64,000 nucleotides of DNA from a virus. Position 1 is the stretch's first letter. The number at the start of each line of letters is the position of its first letter. This document shows positions 24,908-34,317 of the stretch, piece by piece. Below the pieces are notes generated by a model, which was not told where the DNA came from, did no database searches, and worked only from the letters and a program-made list of their open reading frames with translations. Where the stretch lies: IMG/VR virus record IMGVR_UViG_3300012928_003423, positions 6,932-70,931 of that record, one strand, 5' to 3'. The position numbers and the translations under genes are program-made.

Positions 24908-25444
24908 TTATCTATATTTTTCATTCAAAAGCCTCCATCTGTCTGAGTCCATTTTTTTCTTACCATTATTTATAGAATATATCATGTCAATAACCTCATC
25001 TATACTATTATAAATATATTTATGAGGCAACATTCCTAATATCCATAAAGGTGTTTTAGTTTTTCCACCCTCTATACTAATAAAAATTGGTTTTTTCATT
25101 CTGACTGCCGTAACTAACTCTTCTGCACTTCCCCAACTAGCGACATCGGGAGTTAAATGAGCTATTATAAAGTCACTTCTATCAACAAGGTTTAAATCAT
25201 ATGATCTTATGACTTTCATCCTCTCCGTCACTTCTTCATATTTTTCAGACTTCATCCATTTATCCATCTGGCTTCTTGTTTCTTCATCTTCTTCAACGTC
25301 TTTTACAAAAGGTTTTTTGTAAGGATCGAAGCAAATAATTCCTAGAGGCTCTAATTTGGAGGAAACTTCCTCTCTCCAATTTCGACCACTTAAATATTGC
25401 ATATGACCTACTAAGTAGGTTTTAGTTTTATTTAATAAGTTCAT
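24908..25444 (-). CDS. Nucleoside 2-deoxyribosyltransferase / NMP N-glycosidase-like
   Basis: TYLVGHM, WREEV, FDPYKKP, YDLNLVDRSDFIIA, SWGSAEEL (catalytic Glu region), KKPIF. Confidence 0.8.
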   Translation of the reverse strand: MNLLNKTKTYLVGHMQYLSGRNWREEVSSKLEPLGIICFDPYKKPFVKDVEEDEETRSQMDKWMKSEKYEEVTERMKVIRSYDLNLVDRSDFIIAHLTPDVASWGSAEELVTAVRMKKPIFISIEGGKTKTPLWILGMLPHKYIYNSIDEVIDMIYSINNGKKKMDSDRWRLLNEKYR

Positions 25445-26057
25445 TTATCAAATTAACTACATTGCAATTTTTTTCTTCGTTGTAATCTGAGCAGAATCTT
25501 TCTATTTTAATATTATTACCTTTTATTAACTCCCAATATTCATTAGAGTCTAATTCGGAGACTTTATCAACATCATGACCCGCTCCAATAATTAATGGAA
25601 AATATTTTAAAATATCAGAATCAACCATATCTTTAAATAATGGAAATTCCGCTCCTTCAATATTAACCTTCATGATATTTAAGTCTTCGGTAAAAGAAGG
25701 TACATTTTCTTTTAGCCATTTAGAAAAAATAACAGAATCTACTTCTTCAAAATTATCTGTAACGTTATTTTTAGTTCTATAAATAGAATTGCCCACCTGA
25801 CCAGGTTGAATCTCTGGATCAACCAAATAAAGTTTTATTTTTTCTTCTTTGTCTGATATCGCTTTATGATAAGTTTTTACGTTATCGTAATTTTGAAAAC
25901 TATATTCATTATAGTCTGCAAATTTCTTGCATGCTTCAAACCCATAACAAAAATAATTACTTATATCTATATTTAAAGTGGGAAAAATTCTAAGAACAAA
26001 TTCCCTTAATTCAAGGCCATTATGCAACCCTAAATCAAAATAATTAACCCTTTTCAT
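25428..26057 (-). CDS. FkbM-family SAM-dependent methyltransferase
   Basis: YFDLGLHNG, YGFEA, KAIS, IMKVNIEGAEF. Confidence 0.85.
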   Translation of the reverse strand: MKRVNYFDLGLHNGLELREFVLRIFPTLNIDISNYFCYGFEACKKFADYNEYSFQNYDNVKTYHKAISDKEEKIKLYLVDPEIQPGQVGNSIYRTKNNVTDNFEEVDSVIFSKWLKENVPSFTEDLNIMKVNIEGAEFPLFKDMVDSDILKYFPLIIGAGHDVDKVSELDSNEYWELIKGNNIKIERFCSDYNEEKNCNVVNLINELIK

Positions 26058-26059
26058 TC

Positions 26060-26866
26060 TTATTCGGGTCTTTTACCTAATAGATTGCCTTCTTGGTCTA
26101 TATGTCCTTCTCTGATTTTTGTAGCAGAAACTTCTTGAAGCTCTTTGCTCAATTCTAATTGCTCGATGTTGTAACCAACCCCTCTTCCATAGAATACATC
26201 CGTAATATTTGGAAGTTCTACTACTTTTATTTTATTTCCAAACTCTATACATGCAGAGTGTATTTCTTTTTTTACCCTTTCAAAATCATAAGGGTTACTG
26301 TCGTCTGTTCCGCCAACATCTCTTAACGCTATGCAACATTGACCAGTTCTTTTTATAGCTTCAGCAACAAGGTTCTTGTGTCCGATATGAAATGGCTGAT
26401 ATCTTCCTATCAATAAGGCGGTTGGAGCTTGATTGTCCCAAGCTTCTGTTCGGTTTAATTTTTCAAGAACCATTTGGCACCATTCGTCTGGAGTGCCTTC
26501 ATTTAATTCTATATCGTGATTATCTGGCTTTTCAAAAAGCTTATTTGTGTCTGCAAATCTACCTTTTTCAATCCTATTAACCCATATTATAAAGTCTGGA
26601 TTAAAAGCTTCTCGCGTTTCTTTCGTAGGACAAATAAAATCTGCAATTACATAGCATCCTCCCATTTTACTCCAATCGCAAAGTTTACCCATTCTTGTGG
26701 CATGCTTTAATCTATCTTGAGGCTCGAAACCTAATTCAGAATAAATATCCTGTCTTACTGCATCAGCATTAAACCAAGCGGCGTTAAGCTTTGGCACTAA
26801 TTTTTCAGCCAAAGTCGTTTTTCCAGAGCCAGGAAGGCCCATGATTAATATTTTTCTTTTTAACAT
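26060..26866 (-). CDS. Adenylylsulfate-kinase-like P-loop kinase fused to a HIGH-motif nucleotidyltransferase
   Basis: GLPGSGKTT, NADAVR, VIADFICPT (APS-kinase-like); IGRYQPFHIGH, DSNPY, VSATKIR (cytidylyltransferase-like). Confidence 0.85.
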   Translation of the reverse strand: MLKRKILIMGLPGSGKTTLAEKLVPKLNAAWFNADAVRQDIYSELGFEPQDRLKHATRMGKLCDWSKMGGCYVIADFICPTKETREAFNPDFIIWVNRIEKGRFADTNKLFEKPDNHDIELNEGTPDEWCQMVLEKLNRTEAWDNQAPTALLIGRYQPFHIGHKNLVAEAIKRTGQCCIALRDVGGTDDSNPYDFERVKKEIHSACIEFGNKIKVVELPNITDVFYGRGVGYNIEQLELSKELQEVSATKIREGHIDQEGNLLGKRPE

Positions 26867-26871
26867 AAAAA

Positions 26872-27699
26872 TTATTCTTTTACTAGTTTTAGAAACTCCC
26901 TAGCTTGTTTTGCAGGAATATCTTCAAAGTCATTCCAATCTTTTGGATTTATATCTTCGGGGACTTTGTATACCCCTGTAGTGTGCCAAGTTCTTAAAAT
27001 ATCGATAAAATCTTCAAACTTTGAATAGCCAAGATCTATACATATATTTTTTAATATGCCTTGTGGGGATAAAGAGTTAGACTTAGAAAGAGATGACACT
27101 ACAGGTCCACTATCAGATTTATCTATTTCATCATCGCCTACAATATGAACATTCAAAAAGTTCCTAACACATCTCACGAAAGCTCTATTACATGCAATAG
27201 TTTCTAAAAATTTTGTAGCAAAACTACTTGTGTTATTAAGGGTTGCATTAGCCATATCTTCATAAAATACAGATTGATTGTTAGTTTCATAGTTGGCTAT
27301 GAAAGCAATAGAACAACTTACTGCGACATGGTCTTGTTCGCACTTTACCGTATTATAGTTAATAGACGAAAAACCCCTTAATCTAGCCAACTCTTTTATT
27401 CCGCTGAGTTTTATTAAAAGCTGATGGTCTTTTAAGCCATCAATGGATCTAGGGACACTTTTTTTTCTAGATTCAAACCAACCCTTGTTTGGGAAAAGAT
27501 GCTCCTCTTTTATCATTGACCTCCAGTCAACAGAGCCATCTTCGTTAAATACATAGTCTACATTAATCAATAATCCGTTTTCGTCTCTTTTGTAAAGTGA
27601 TGGACCTTTATTATTCATATTTTTATTTTTTTCAATTCTTTTTACTGCTTCTCTCATTGAATCTTCGATGTCTTGTTTAACTTCTATTTTTGTATCCAT
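26872..27699 (-). CDS. Rad52/Rad22-like ssDNA-annealing protein
   Basis: LLIKLSGIKELA, ANATLNN...FLETIACNRAFVRCVRNFLNVHIVGDDEI pattern. Confidence 0.55.
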   Translation of the reverse strand: MDTKIEVKQDIEDSMREAVKRIEKNKNMNNKGPSLYKRDENGLLINVDYVFNEDGSVDWRSMIKEEHLFPNKGWFESRKKSVPRSIDGLKDHQLLIKLSGIKELARLRGFSSINYNTVKCEQDHVAVSCSIAFIANYETNNQSVFYEDMANATLNNTSSFATKFLETIACNRAFVRCVRNFLNVHIVGDDEIDKSDSGPVVSSLSKSNSLSPQGILKNICIDLGYSKFEDFIDILRTWHTTGVYKVPEDINPKDWNDFEDIPAKQAREFLKLVKE

Positions 27700-28853
27700 T
27701 ATTTTTTTGACTCGTATATTGTTAAGAAATCAGAGTCTTCCCAAAAATCAGATGTATCTATAAAAGTTTGAAGATCAGAGGATGTTTCTTGATTTGTTAT
27801 CCAGTGAGCTTTTGATGCATAAGTTTTACCTTTAGATATTAGAATTTTGGATGACTTCACACCAAGACTGTAATCAGATTTAACAGAAAAATCAATAGGT
27901 TTTTTCTTTTTTTCATAAAACTCTATTGTTTCATCTATATTTTTGAGCCTAATTTCATTTAAGCCTTCTTTTATAGTGGTGAATAATTCGTAATGTATTC
28001 CAAATTTTTTTAAATTTTTTAAAAAGACTGCATCAAGCCCACCATCACAATTTACCGAAATTCTTTGTATTCTTGACCTGATTGACAAAAGTAAATTTTC
28101 AGAAAGAGGTTTATCTGTAATAATACCCATTTGCCTGTTTTGAGAAAATGCAAAAAGTAAATTTTCATCTAAAAAATAATCCGCCCTAACATTAATTAAT
28201 GAATTTGTCATTAAATCAGCGGGAGGCATAAAGTCAGGAATAATTTCTATTGTTTTTATATGCGACATATCGCCATTAAAAACCCTTTTTAAAGAAGATA
28301 AATTATTATTTATACCTAGGCTATTTAAAATAGCTGAAGCGATTTGATTAGGAGATATATTATCTATAGTCTTGGGTGATTCAGCTTTTGCAAAAGTTCT
28401 ATTTTTTCCATCTTGAGGAGCATCTATAAAAAAATCTTTAGCCCCTTTCTTGAAAGGAAAAAAATCAGAAGGAGAGCTTGAGAATATGCACACTAAAGGA
28501 ATATTTAACTGGTTCGCAACTAATGAAAGGCAACTATTTGCATTAAAATGAAGCATGGATTTGCTTATTATATAAGCATTTTGACCAAAAGTCTTATCGG
28601 TGTATTGATAAATGCCATCTATCTGCTTCTTATTATGGCTTCCTATTCTTAGTATTTTTATACCCTCTGCTTCTAAAAAAGGAGATATGAAGTCAATAAC
28701 ATCTTGCCAAAATTTATAATCTTTAGATTGCTCTTTTGAGAAGAACTCGAAAGTTATATATTTATCAAAAGGTATTGGAAAAAAACAAAGATTTATAGGA
28801 GGCTTTGAAGTTTTTAAAGCTGAGTGTAGGCTTATTTTTTCAAGCTTATTCAT
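27699..28853 (-). CDS. GT9 (heptosyltransferase-like) C-terminal half plus unknown domain
   Basis: SKDYKFWQDVI, IKILRIG, TFGQNAYIISKSMLHFNANSCLSLVANQLNIPLVCIF (degenerate DSG..H.A motif). Confidence 0.6.
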   Translation of the reverse strand: MNKLEKISLHSALKTSKPPINLCFFPIPFDKYITFEFFSKEQSKDYKFWQDVIDFISPFLEAEGIKILRIGSHNKKQIDGIYQYTDKTFGQNAYIISKSMLHFNANSCLSLVANQLNIPLVCIFSSSPSDFFPFKKGAKDFFIDAPQDGKNRTFAKAESPKTIDNISPNQIASAILNSLGINNNLSSLKRVFNGDMSHIKTIEIIPDFMPPADLMTNSLINVRADYFLDENLLFAFSQNRQMGIITDKPLSENLLLSIRSRIQRISVNCDGGLDAVFLKNLKKFGIHYELFTTIKEGLNEIRLKNIDETIEFYEKKKKPIDFSVKSDYSLGVKSSKILISKGKTYASKAHWITNQETSSDLQTFIDTSDFWEDSDFLTIYESKK

Positions 28854-30759
28854 GTGTTTTAAATGTCTTGTTATTTATAGAAATATAATTATTCACATCC
28901 TTCAAAACAGAATTAAAATTATAGCAATAATCAAAATATTTTTCACCTTCTTTTAATCCTGCACCTATCATGGCTCTTTCATTTTCTAGTTCGTCTTGAT
29001 AGGGAATACATTTAAATATATAAGGGTTGCATTGCACCATGGAAAAAAAAGAGGGATCTGTGGCGAAAAATATATCACAATCTTTATTTTTATCTTTAAA
29101 AGATTTTAGAACACTAGAAACAAGCAGAACGTCTTCTTCAGAAGTATTTACAGAAAATAGAGCTTTTTTGTTGCCTGAATTGTTTAACAATTTATTAAAG
29201 TCAACTGTCTTTTGTGTGTTAATGTTATTATTTTCTTGAACGGCAACTGATCTAAAATAATCTATTATTGATTGTCTAGTTGCTCCATTTTTTAACGAAG
29301 CCATCCAATGCTTGTGACCTTCATCGTTGTGATCTAAATCAACCTTTAAAATATTTTTATAAAGATCCACTAACCATTCAGAATCATCATCTATTTGAGG
29401 AGGATTGTAATTGGGGTCTCTTTTTTCAGGTTCAAATGAAAAGTTATAATCATGATCGGGCATTGCATCAATAATATTTTCAATCTTTTTTCCTATAACT
29501 TCTATTGAGTAGTTTTCTAATACAAATTTCCTAGCTTTTTTTCCTAGGCTAGATCTTTTTAACAAATCCATTTTAAAAACTTTTTCTAAATTTTTAGATA
29601 TGTCAATTGGGCATGTACTAGCTTTTATGAATTGAGTTCCTGGCTCTCTGTATTCGTTCCACTTTAATGGAAATCCACCACTATCTTCAGTACACATATC
29701 CTCTCCGCAAGAATAATTAGTAACTAATGTTACTAGTTCGCATAACTTAGCTTCTTGAATGGGTATTTCTTGACCTCCAGAAGTAAATGCATGACAATAA
29801 ACATCCATCAAATTGTAAACTTCATTTAATTGATGTTCGTTTACCCCACTAGCTATACTTACAGTATTTTGGCTTTCTTTAGTTCCGCAATAATTGCAAT
29901 TTAACTTCTGACCTTGAAATGGCTTCACTTCATACCTTTTGCAGGCTGAGCAATAATAAGTGCATAAAATATCATTAATATCAAGCCCTTTTTCTTCTAC
30001 TAATGCTGGTATATTCCAGCCTTCAGCAAAATTTGTATGAAGTAACAATTTAGCTTTAGATTTAGGGTTTTTTTCTTTAAATATTTTAAAGCCTTCTATT
30101 AAATTAGGAACTGTTTTTCTTAATTGATTTCTAAAAACATAACCTATGATAAAGGCATCTTGATCTATAGAAAAAGACCTTCTTAACTCTGACCTTCCTT
30201 CTGAGCCTACATTTTTAAAATTAGCACAATCTACCGCTCCATGAAGAGTTTTTACATGATTGTGACCTAATTTATGCATAGCTTTTTCCGCAAAAGATGC
30301 CCAAACATAATAATTTTTTATTTTTGGAGCCACTTTTACGGCATCGGGTAAAAGTGGAAGACTATCTAAAGTAGTCCAAATCATACAGTTTATTTTATTC
30401 CACCAAGTTTTTTTGGTAAAAGGAGATAGTCCCCATATATCCTCGACACCCATGTATATGTCTGGCTTTTCTTCTTTTATAATGTCGTCTATCCCAAGCA
30501 TGCCGTATTGAGCCTGCCTAGATAAATTTGGGTCTTTATTTATTTTGTCAATAACTGACTGATCTGCAGGTATGCCCCCTACACATTTCCAAGGCAATTT
30601 TGTTAGATCTTCATGGCCCTTTGATACTCCATTGGATAACTCAACTACCTCATATTTTCCTGTAGAAACAAGGTACTTTATTACATTTTTAGCATTTTTC
30701 CCAAAACCAGTTAGTATTTTTGAGAAATTGCTATGGTAAAGTATTTTCTTTTTTCGCAC
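28846..30759 (-). CDS. GT4 glycosyltransferase with Cys4 insert, DUF4214-like domain and GT9 N-terminal domain
   Basis: TGFGKNA, RNQLRK, YNLMDVYCHAFTSGGQEIPIQEAKLC (GT4); CSAC...CNYC; LYKNILKVDLDHNDEGHKHWMASLKNGATRQSIIDYF (DUF4214-like); EDVLLVSSVLKSFK...DIFFAT...QCNPYI (GT9-N). Confidence 0.85.
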   Translation of the reverse strand: MRKKKILYHSNFSKILTGFGKNAKNVIKYLVSTGKYEVVELSNGVSKGHEDLTKLPWKCVGGIPADQSVIDKINKDPNLSRQAQYGMLGIDDIIKEEKPDIYMGVEDIWGLSPFTKKTWWNKINCMIWTTLDSLPLLPDAVKVAPKIKNYYVWASFAEKAMHKLGHNHVKTLHGAVDCANFKNVGSEGRSELRRSFSIDQDAFIIGYVFRNQLRKTVPNLIEGFKIFKEKNPKSKAKLLLHTNFAEGWNIPALVEEKGLDINDILCTYYCSACKRYEVKPFQGQKLNCNYCGTKESQNTVSIASGVNEHQLNEVYNLMDVYCHAFTSGGQEIPIQEAKLCELVTLVTNYSCGEDMCTEDSGGFPLKWNEYREPGTQFIKASTCPIDISKNLEKVFKMDLLKRSSLGKKARKFVLENYSIEVIGKKIENIIDAMPDHDYNFSFEPEKRDPNYNPPQIDDDSEWLVDLYKNILKVDLDHNDEGHKHWMASLKNGATRQSIIDYFRSVAVQENNNINTQKTVDFNKLLNNSGNKKALFSVNTSEEDVLLVSSVLKSFKDKNKDCDIFFATDPSFFSMVQCNPYIFKCIPYQDELENERAMIGAGLKEGEKYFDYCYNFNSVLKDVNNYISINNKTFKTHE

Positions 30760-30761
30760 TA

Positions 30762-31358
30762 TTAAAATGGGGCATCTTCAAACTCATCAACTTCTTCTGA
30801 GTCTTTTGAGTTAGGTTTTGAGCTAGGTTTTGAACTATAGTTTTCAGACTGCTTTATCTTAAAGTTAAGGTAATCAGTTATAAAAATTTCAAATAAATTC
30901 TTAACAACTTCAACCTCTCCTGGATCAAGAGCAATTTTTATTGAATTACCTTTTCCTTTTGATAGAGTAAATCCAAATGCAGGAACTTCGATAGAAGAAT
31001 CTTCATACTGCTTAGTTGAAGGATTGTATTTTGAAATTTTTGTATTTTTATCCCAAGGCGTTGCTTTTATAGTAGTATTGTTACCTTCGTAGGAATGAAA
31101 AGCGGTGTATTCATATCTAGAATTAAACGCACTGATAAAAGATCCAGCTTCTATTTCGCTAATCTTTACATTGATAGTTTTTTCTGGGTTTTTTGAATTA
31201 CCAGCAAAAGAACCAGTTTTGGTCTCATCATTCCAAGAATGTTGAGCTATCGCGCTAATGTAAAAAACTGGAGAGCCATCTTTTTTATCTTTACTTTTTG
31301 AAAAAGTATAAGCTGATCCTGTGTTTTTACTGTTTGGTTTGTATATTTGTATTGACAT
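30762..31358 (-). CDS. Putative ssDNA-binding protein (PC4/Whirly-like) with an SSB-type acidic tail
   Basis: Beta-rich body with KISEIEAG and IALDPGEV; C-terminus EEVDEFEDAPF resembles the SSB tail DDDIPF. Confidence 0.55.
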   Translation of the reverse strand: MSIQIYKPNSKNTGSAYTFSKSKDKKDGSPVFYISAIAQHSWNDETKTGSFAGNSKNPEKTINVKISEIEAGSFISAFNSRYEYTAFHSYEGNNTTIKATPWDKNTKISKYNPSTKQYEDSSIEVPAFGFTLSKGKGNSIKIALDPGEVEVVKNLFEIFITDYLNFKIKQSENYSSKPSSKPNSKDSEEVDEFEDAPF

Positions 31359-31361
31359 AAT

Positions 31362-31886
31362 TTATAGTTGAATTAAAATGTTGACTATTTTTTGCTCATA
31401 TTCTCTAGCTAAGATAGCTAAAGCTTCTTGATCTTCAGGGTTAATTTCGCTTTGTTTTTGATCAAACTCCTGATGTAGCTCTCTAGCTCCAGGAAAGAAA
31501 CATTTTTCATTTCGAAAGAATTTTTCGATCTGAATTTTAGAATCTTCATCTAGTAAATTTGATGATGCTAAAAGGTTATTTTTTTGTATATAATCTTCGG
31601 CATCTTCTCTTGAATTAAATACATGTTCTTCGGGAACAGGGGCTCCTTCAATATTTGGAGCCATACCAATATGAATAATTTTATTTGTTTGATCTTGCGT
31701 GATGCAAACAATTCTCAAATCATCCATTAAGGAAGGTTTATTTTTTTTGCTCTTTAAAAAGCTTTCTAAAGATTTTAAATCGTCAAAGATATGCCAATTT
31801 CTAGGCATATAGTCTTCTCCAATCTCGTTAAATTCCATTACATGCTCTCCAGCAACACAAATTTGATATTTTTTTGTTTTAGTCAT
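31362..31886 (-). CDS. Hypothetical protein
   Basis: ORF track. Confidence 0.7.
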   Translation of the reverse strand: MTKTKKYQICVAGEHVMEFNEIGEDYMPRNWHIFDDLKSLESFLKSKKNKPSLMDDLRIVCITQDQTNKIIHIGMAPNIEGAPVPEEHVFNSREDAEDYIQKNNLLASSNLLDEDSKIQIEKFFRNEKCFFPGARELHQEFDQKQSEINPEDQEALAILAREYEQKIVNILIQL

Positions 31887-34317
31887 TCAGCTCTTCTTCT
31901 ATGATTTTTTTGTTAATTTTTAAAGGTCCAGTTTGACCATTTATAATCCATTTTGAAGCTATATTTTCTATATTTTTTTGAATAATTCTTTTAACTGGTC
32001 TAGCTCCTAGATTTTTACTATAAGCTTCTTCTGTTAAAAAATCAAGGCATTCTTCATCTATGGAAAGGTTGATGCTATGATCTTTCTTTAATTTGGATTT
32101 TAATATATTTATCTCTTTCTTAAGGAAGCATTTAATATCACCAAGTTCAAAGTCATTAAACACTATTATTTCATCAAGCCTATTTATTAATTCTGGGCTA
32201 AGAAATTTCTGAGCTTCTTTTTTAACGTCTAGTTTTAATTGTTTGTTAGATGGATTAGAGGCAAATCCTACAGAATTTGTTTTAGCAAGTAAATTGGCTC
32301 CAATGTTTCCTGTAAGCATCACTATGCAGTTTGAAAAATCAGAAACACGACCAAAGTTATCTGTTAATCTACCTTCTTCGAGCAATTGAAGTAAAATATT
32401 TAATACTTCTGGGTGAGCTTTTTCTATTTCATCAAACAAAAGAACTGAGTAAGGTTTTGCTTTAATTTTATCAGTAAGTTGACCTCCATCTTCATACCCA
32501 ACATATCCAGGCGATGAACCTATTAACCTTGATATGTTTATTTTTTCGGAATATTCGGACATATCCACATGAATTAAATTGTCTGCACTTCCAAAAACTG
32601 TGTCAGCTATGGTTTTAGCCATAAAAGTTTTTCCTACCCCTGTTTTGCCCAACATTAAAAATGAACCGATTGGTTTTGAGCTTGAGTCTAAACCGCTTTT
32701 GGAGCGAATAATACAGTCTGAGATAGTTTTGCAAGCCTGTTTTTGTCCAAAAATAATTTTGTTTAAATTTTTATTTAAATTTAAAAGTAAGTTAGATTCT
32801 TTTTCCGTTAAATTACCTACAGGAATGCCAGTTCTCGAAGAGATTACTTCATAGATATCTTCTCTGGTTACAAAAAACTTTTTTCTTTCATACGATTCCG
32901 CCCAAGAGTCTAAAACTTTTTTATATTCAGCGATAAGTTTATCTTGTTTCATTGATATTCTTTTTAATTCTAAATCGCTATCTACATTAGACTCTTTTTC
33001 CATATATTGTTCTATATCTTTTTCTAGTTTTAAAGCTTTTGGAGGTTTATGTAAATTTTTCATTTTTACTTTAGCCCCAGCTTGGTCTATAACATCAATT
33101 GCTTTGTCTGGCAACTGCCTGTCTGGTATGTACCTTACAGACAAATCTACCGCTAATTTTAATGCATTTTTGCGATATATAACATGGTGAAATTGTTCAT
33201 ATTGTTGAGATATGCCATTTATTATTTTATAAGCTTCGGTAGGAGTAGGTTGAATTATATCTATCTGCTCAAATCTTCTTTCTAATGCAGGATCTTTAGT
33301 TATAAATTTTTTATATTCTTTAGGGGTTGTAGCTCCTATGCATTTTATTTTATTTCTAGCGAGAGCTGGTTTTAATATGTTGGCAGCATCCATACTGCCT
33401 TCTGCCGCACCAGCACCTATTATCGTATGTATTTCATCTACAAACAAAATGATATTAGAAGAATTAGAGACTTCTTGAATTAAATTTTTAAGCCTCTCCT
33501 CAAATTGACCCCTGTATTTTGTTCCAGCTATCATTGCAGCCATATCTAATTCATAAATGATTTTATTAGACAAAAAACTTGCACAAGTTCCATTAACTAT
33601 AGACTGAGCCAAACCCTCCACTAAGCTAGTTTTACCTGTTCCTGGTAATCCAACTAATATAGGGTTGTTTTTATTTCTTCTACAAAGTATTTCAGATATT
33701 TTTTCAATTTGTTTTTCTTTGCATATAACCTCGTCAAAAGTACCTTTTAAAGCTAATAAATTATAATTTTTTGCATACTGATCTAATATGCTGTTTGCTG
33801 AATTTTCCTGAATGGAGGGAGGAGAAATATCTTTATTTTTTCTAACCTTTGTCCTGTCCCATTCCCCTGTTTTGAAAAACTTTTTTAATTTTTTTTCCGA
33901 CTTAGATAAATCAATATGAAATGTTTTAAAAAGATCTTTAAGGGGTGAGTCAGGATAAACTATTAAAATATAAAAAAGATGCTCAACACCTATGTAATTA
34001 TGATTTAAGTCATCAGATAAACTTTTAGCTCTTTTAAATACATTTTTAAAATCGACAGAATACTTTGGATTTTCTATATCGACTTCTGGGGTTTCGCTAA
34101 AAAAATTGCCATCAATAGTATTGAAAACAAAAGTTTTAAAATCTTCCATAGATATATTTAAGTCCTCAAAAAAGTTAATTACTGTAGATTGTCCGCAATC
34201 TAATATAGCAAAAAGAAGATGATTAAGATCAATGGTGTCGCATCTAAGGTTAATGGATGTTTCTCTCGAAATTCCAATTATTTTTTGAACTCTTGGTGTT
34301 AAGTTGTACTTTTGCAT
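31879..34317 (-). CDS. clpC: ATP-dependent Clp protease ATP-binding subunit, ClpC/ClpA-like
   Basis: Clp_N repeats (YIGVEHL), AAA1 GLPGTGKT/FVDEIH, short coiled-coil middle domain, AAA2 GKTGVGKT/FDEIEKAHP, GYVGY pore loop, VGF ClpP-docking tripeptide. Confidence 0.93.
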   Translation of the reverse strand: MQKYNLTPRVQKIIGISRETSINLRCDTIDLNHLLFAILDCGQSTVINFFEDLNISMEDFKTFVFNTIDGNFFSETPEVDIENPKYSVDFKNVFKRAKSLSDDLNHNYIGVEHLFYILIVYPDSPLKDLFKTFHIDLSKSEKKLKKFFKTGEWDRTKVRKNKDISPPSIQENSANSILDQYAKNYNLLALKGTFDEVICKEKQIEKISEILCRRNKNNPILVGLPGTGKTSLVEGLAQSIVNGTCASFLSNKIIYELDMAAMIAGTKYRGQFEERLKNLIQEVSNSSNIILFVDEIHTIIGAGAAEGSMDAANILKPALARNKIKCIGATTPKEYKKFITKDPALERRFEQIDIIQPTPTEAYKIINGISQQYEQFHHVIYRKNALKLAVDLSVRYIPDRQLPDKAIDVIDQAGAKVKMKNLHKPPKALKLEKDIEQYMEKESNVDSDLELKRISMKQDKLIAEYKKVLDSWAESYERKKFFVTREDIYEVISSRTGIPVGNLTEKESNLLLNLNKNLNKIIFGQKQACKTISDCIIRSKSGLDSSSKPIGSFLMLGKTGVGKTFMAKTIADTVFGSADNLIHVDMSEYSEKINISRLIGSSPGYVGYEDGGQLTDKIKAKPYSVLLFDEIEKAHPEVLNILLQLLEEGRLTDNFGRVSDFSNCIVMLTGNIGANLLAKTNSVGFASNPSNKQLKLDVKKEAQKFLSPELINRLDEIIVFNDFELGDIKCFLKKEINILKSKLKKDHSINLSIDEECLDFLTEEAYSKNLGARPVKRIIQKNIENIASKWIINGQTGPLKINKKIIEEELND

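Noticed and set aside
28846-28870. Programmed -1 frameshift (TTTAAAA) fusing the GT4-GT9N gene to the GT9C gene
   Set aside because: The downstream ORF is in the +1 frame, the heptamer is out of register, and the ORF has its own overlapping ATG
30811-30840. Short tandem repeat GGTTTTGA(G/A)CTA
   Set aside because: Just two copies encoding an SSKP-SSKP linker in a disordered tail
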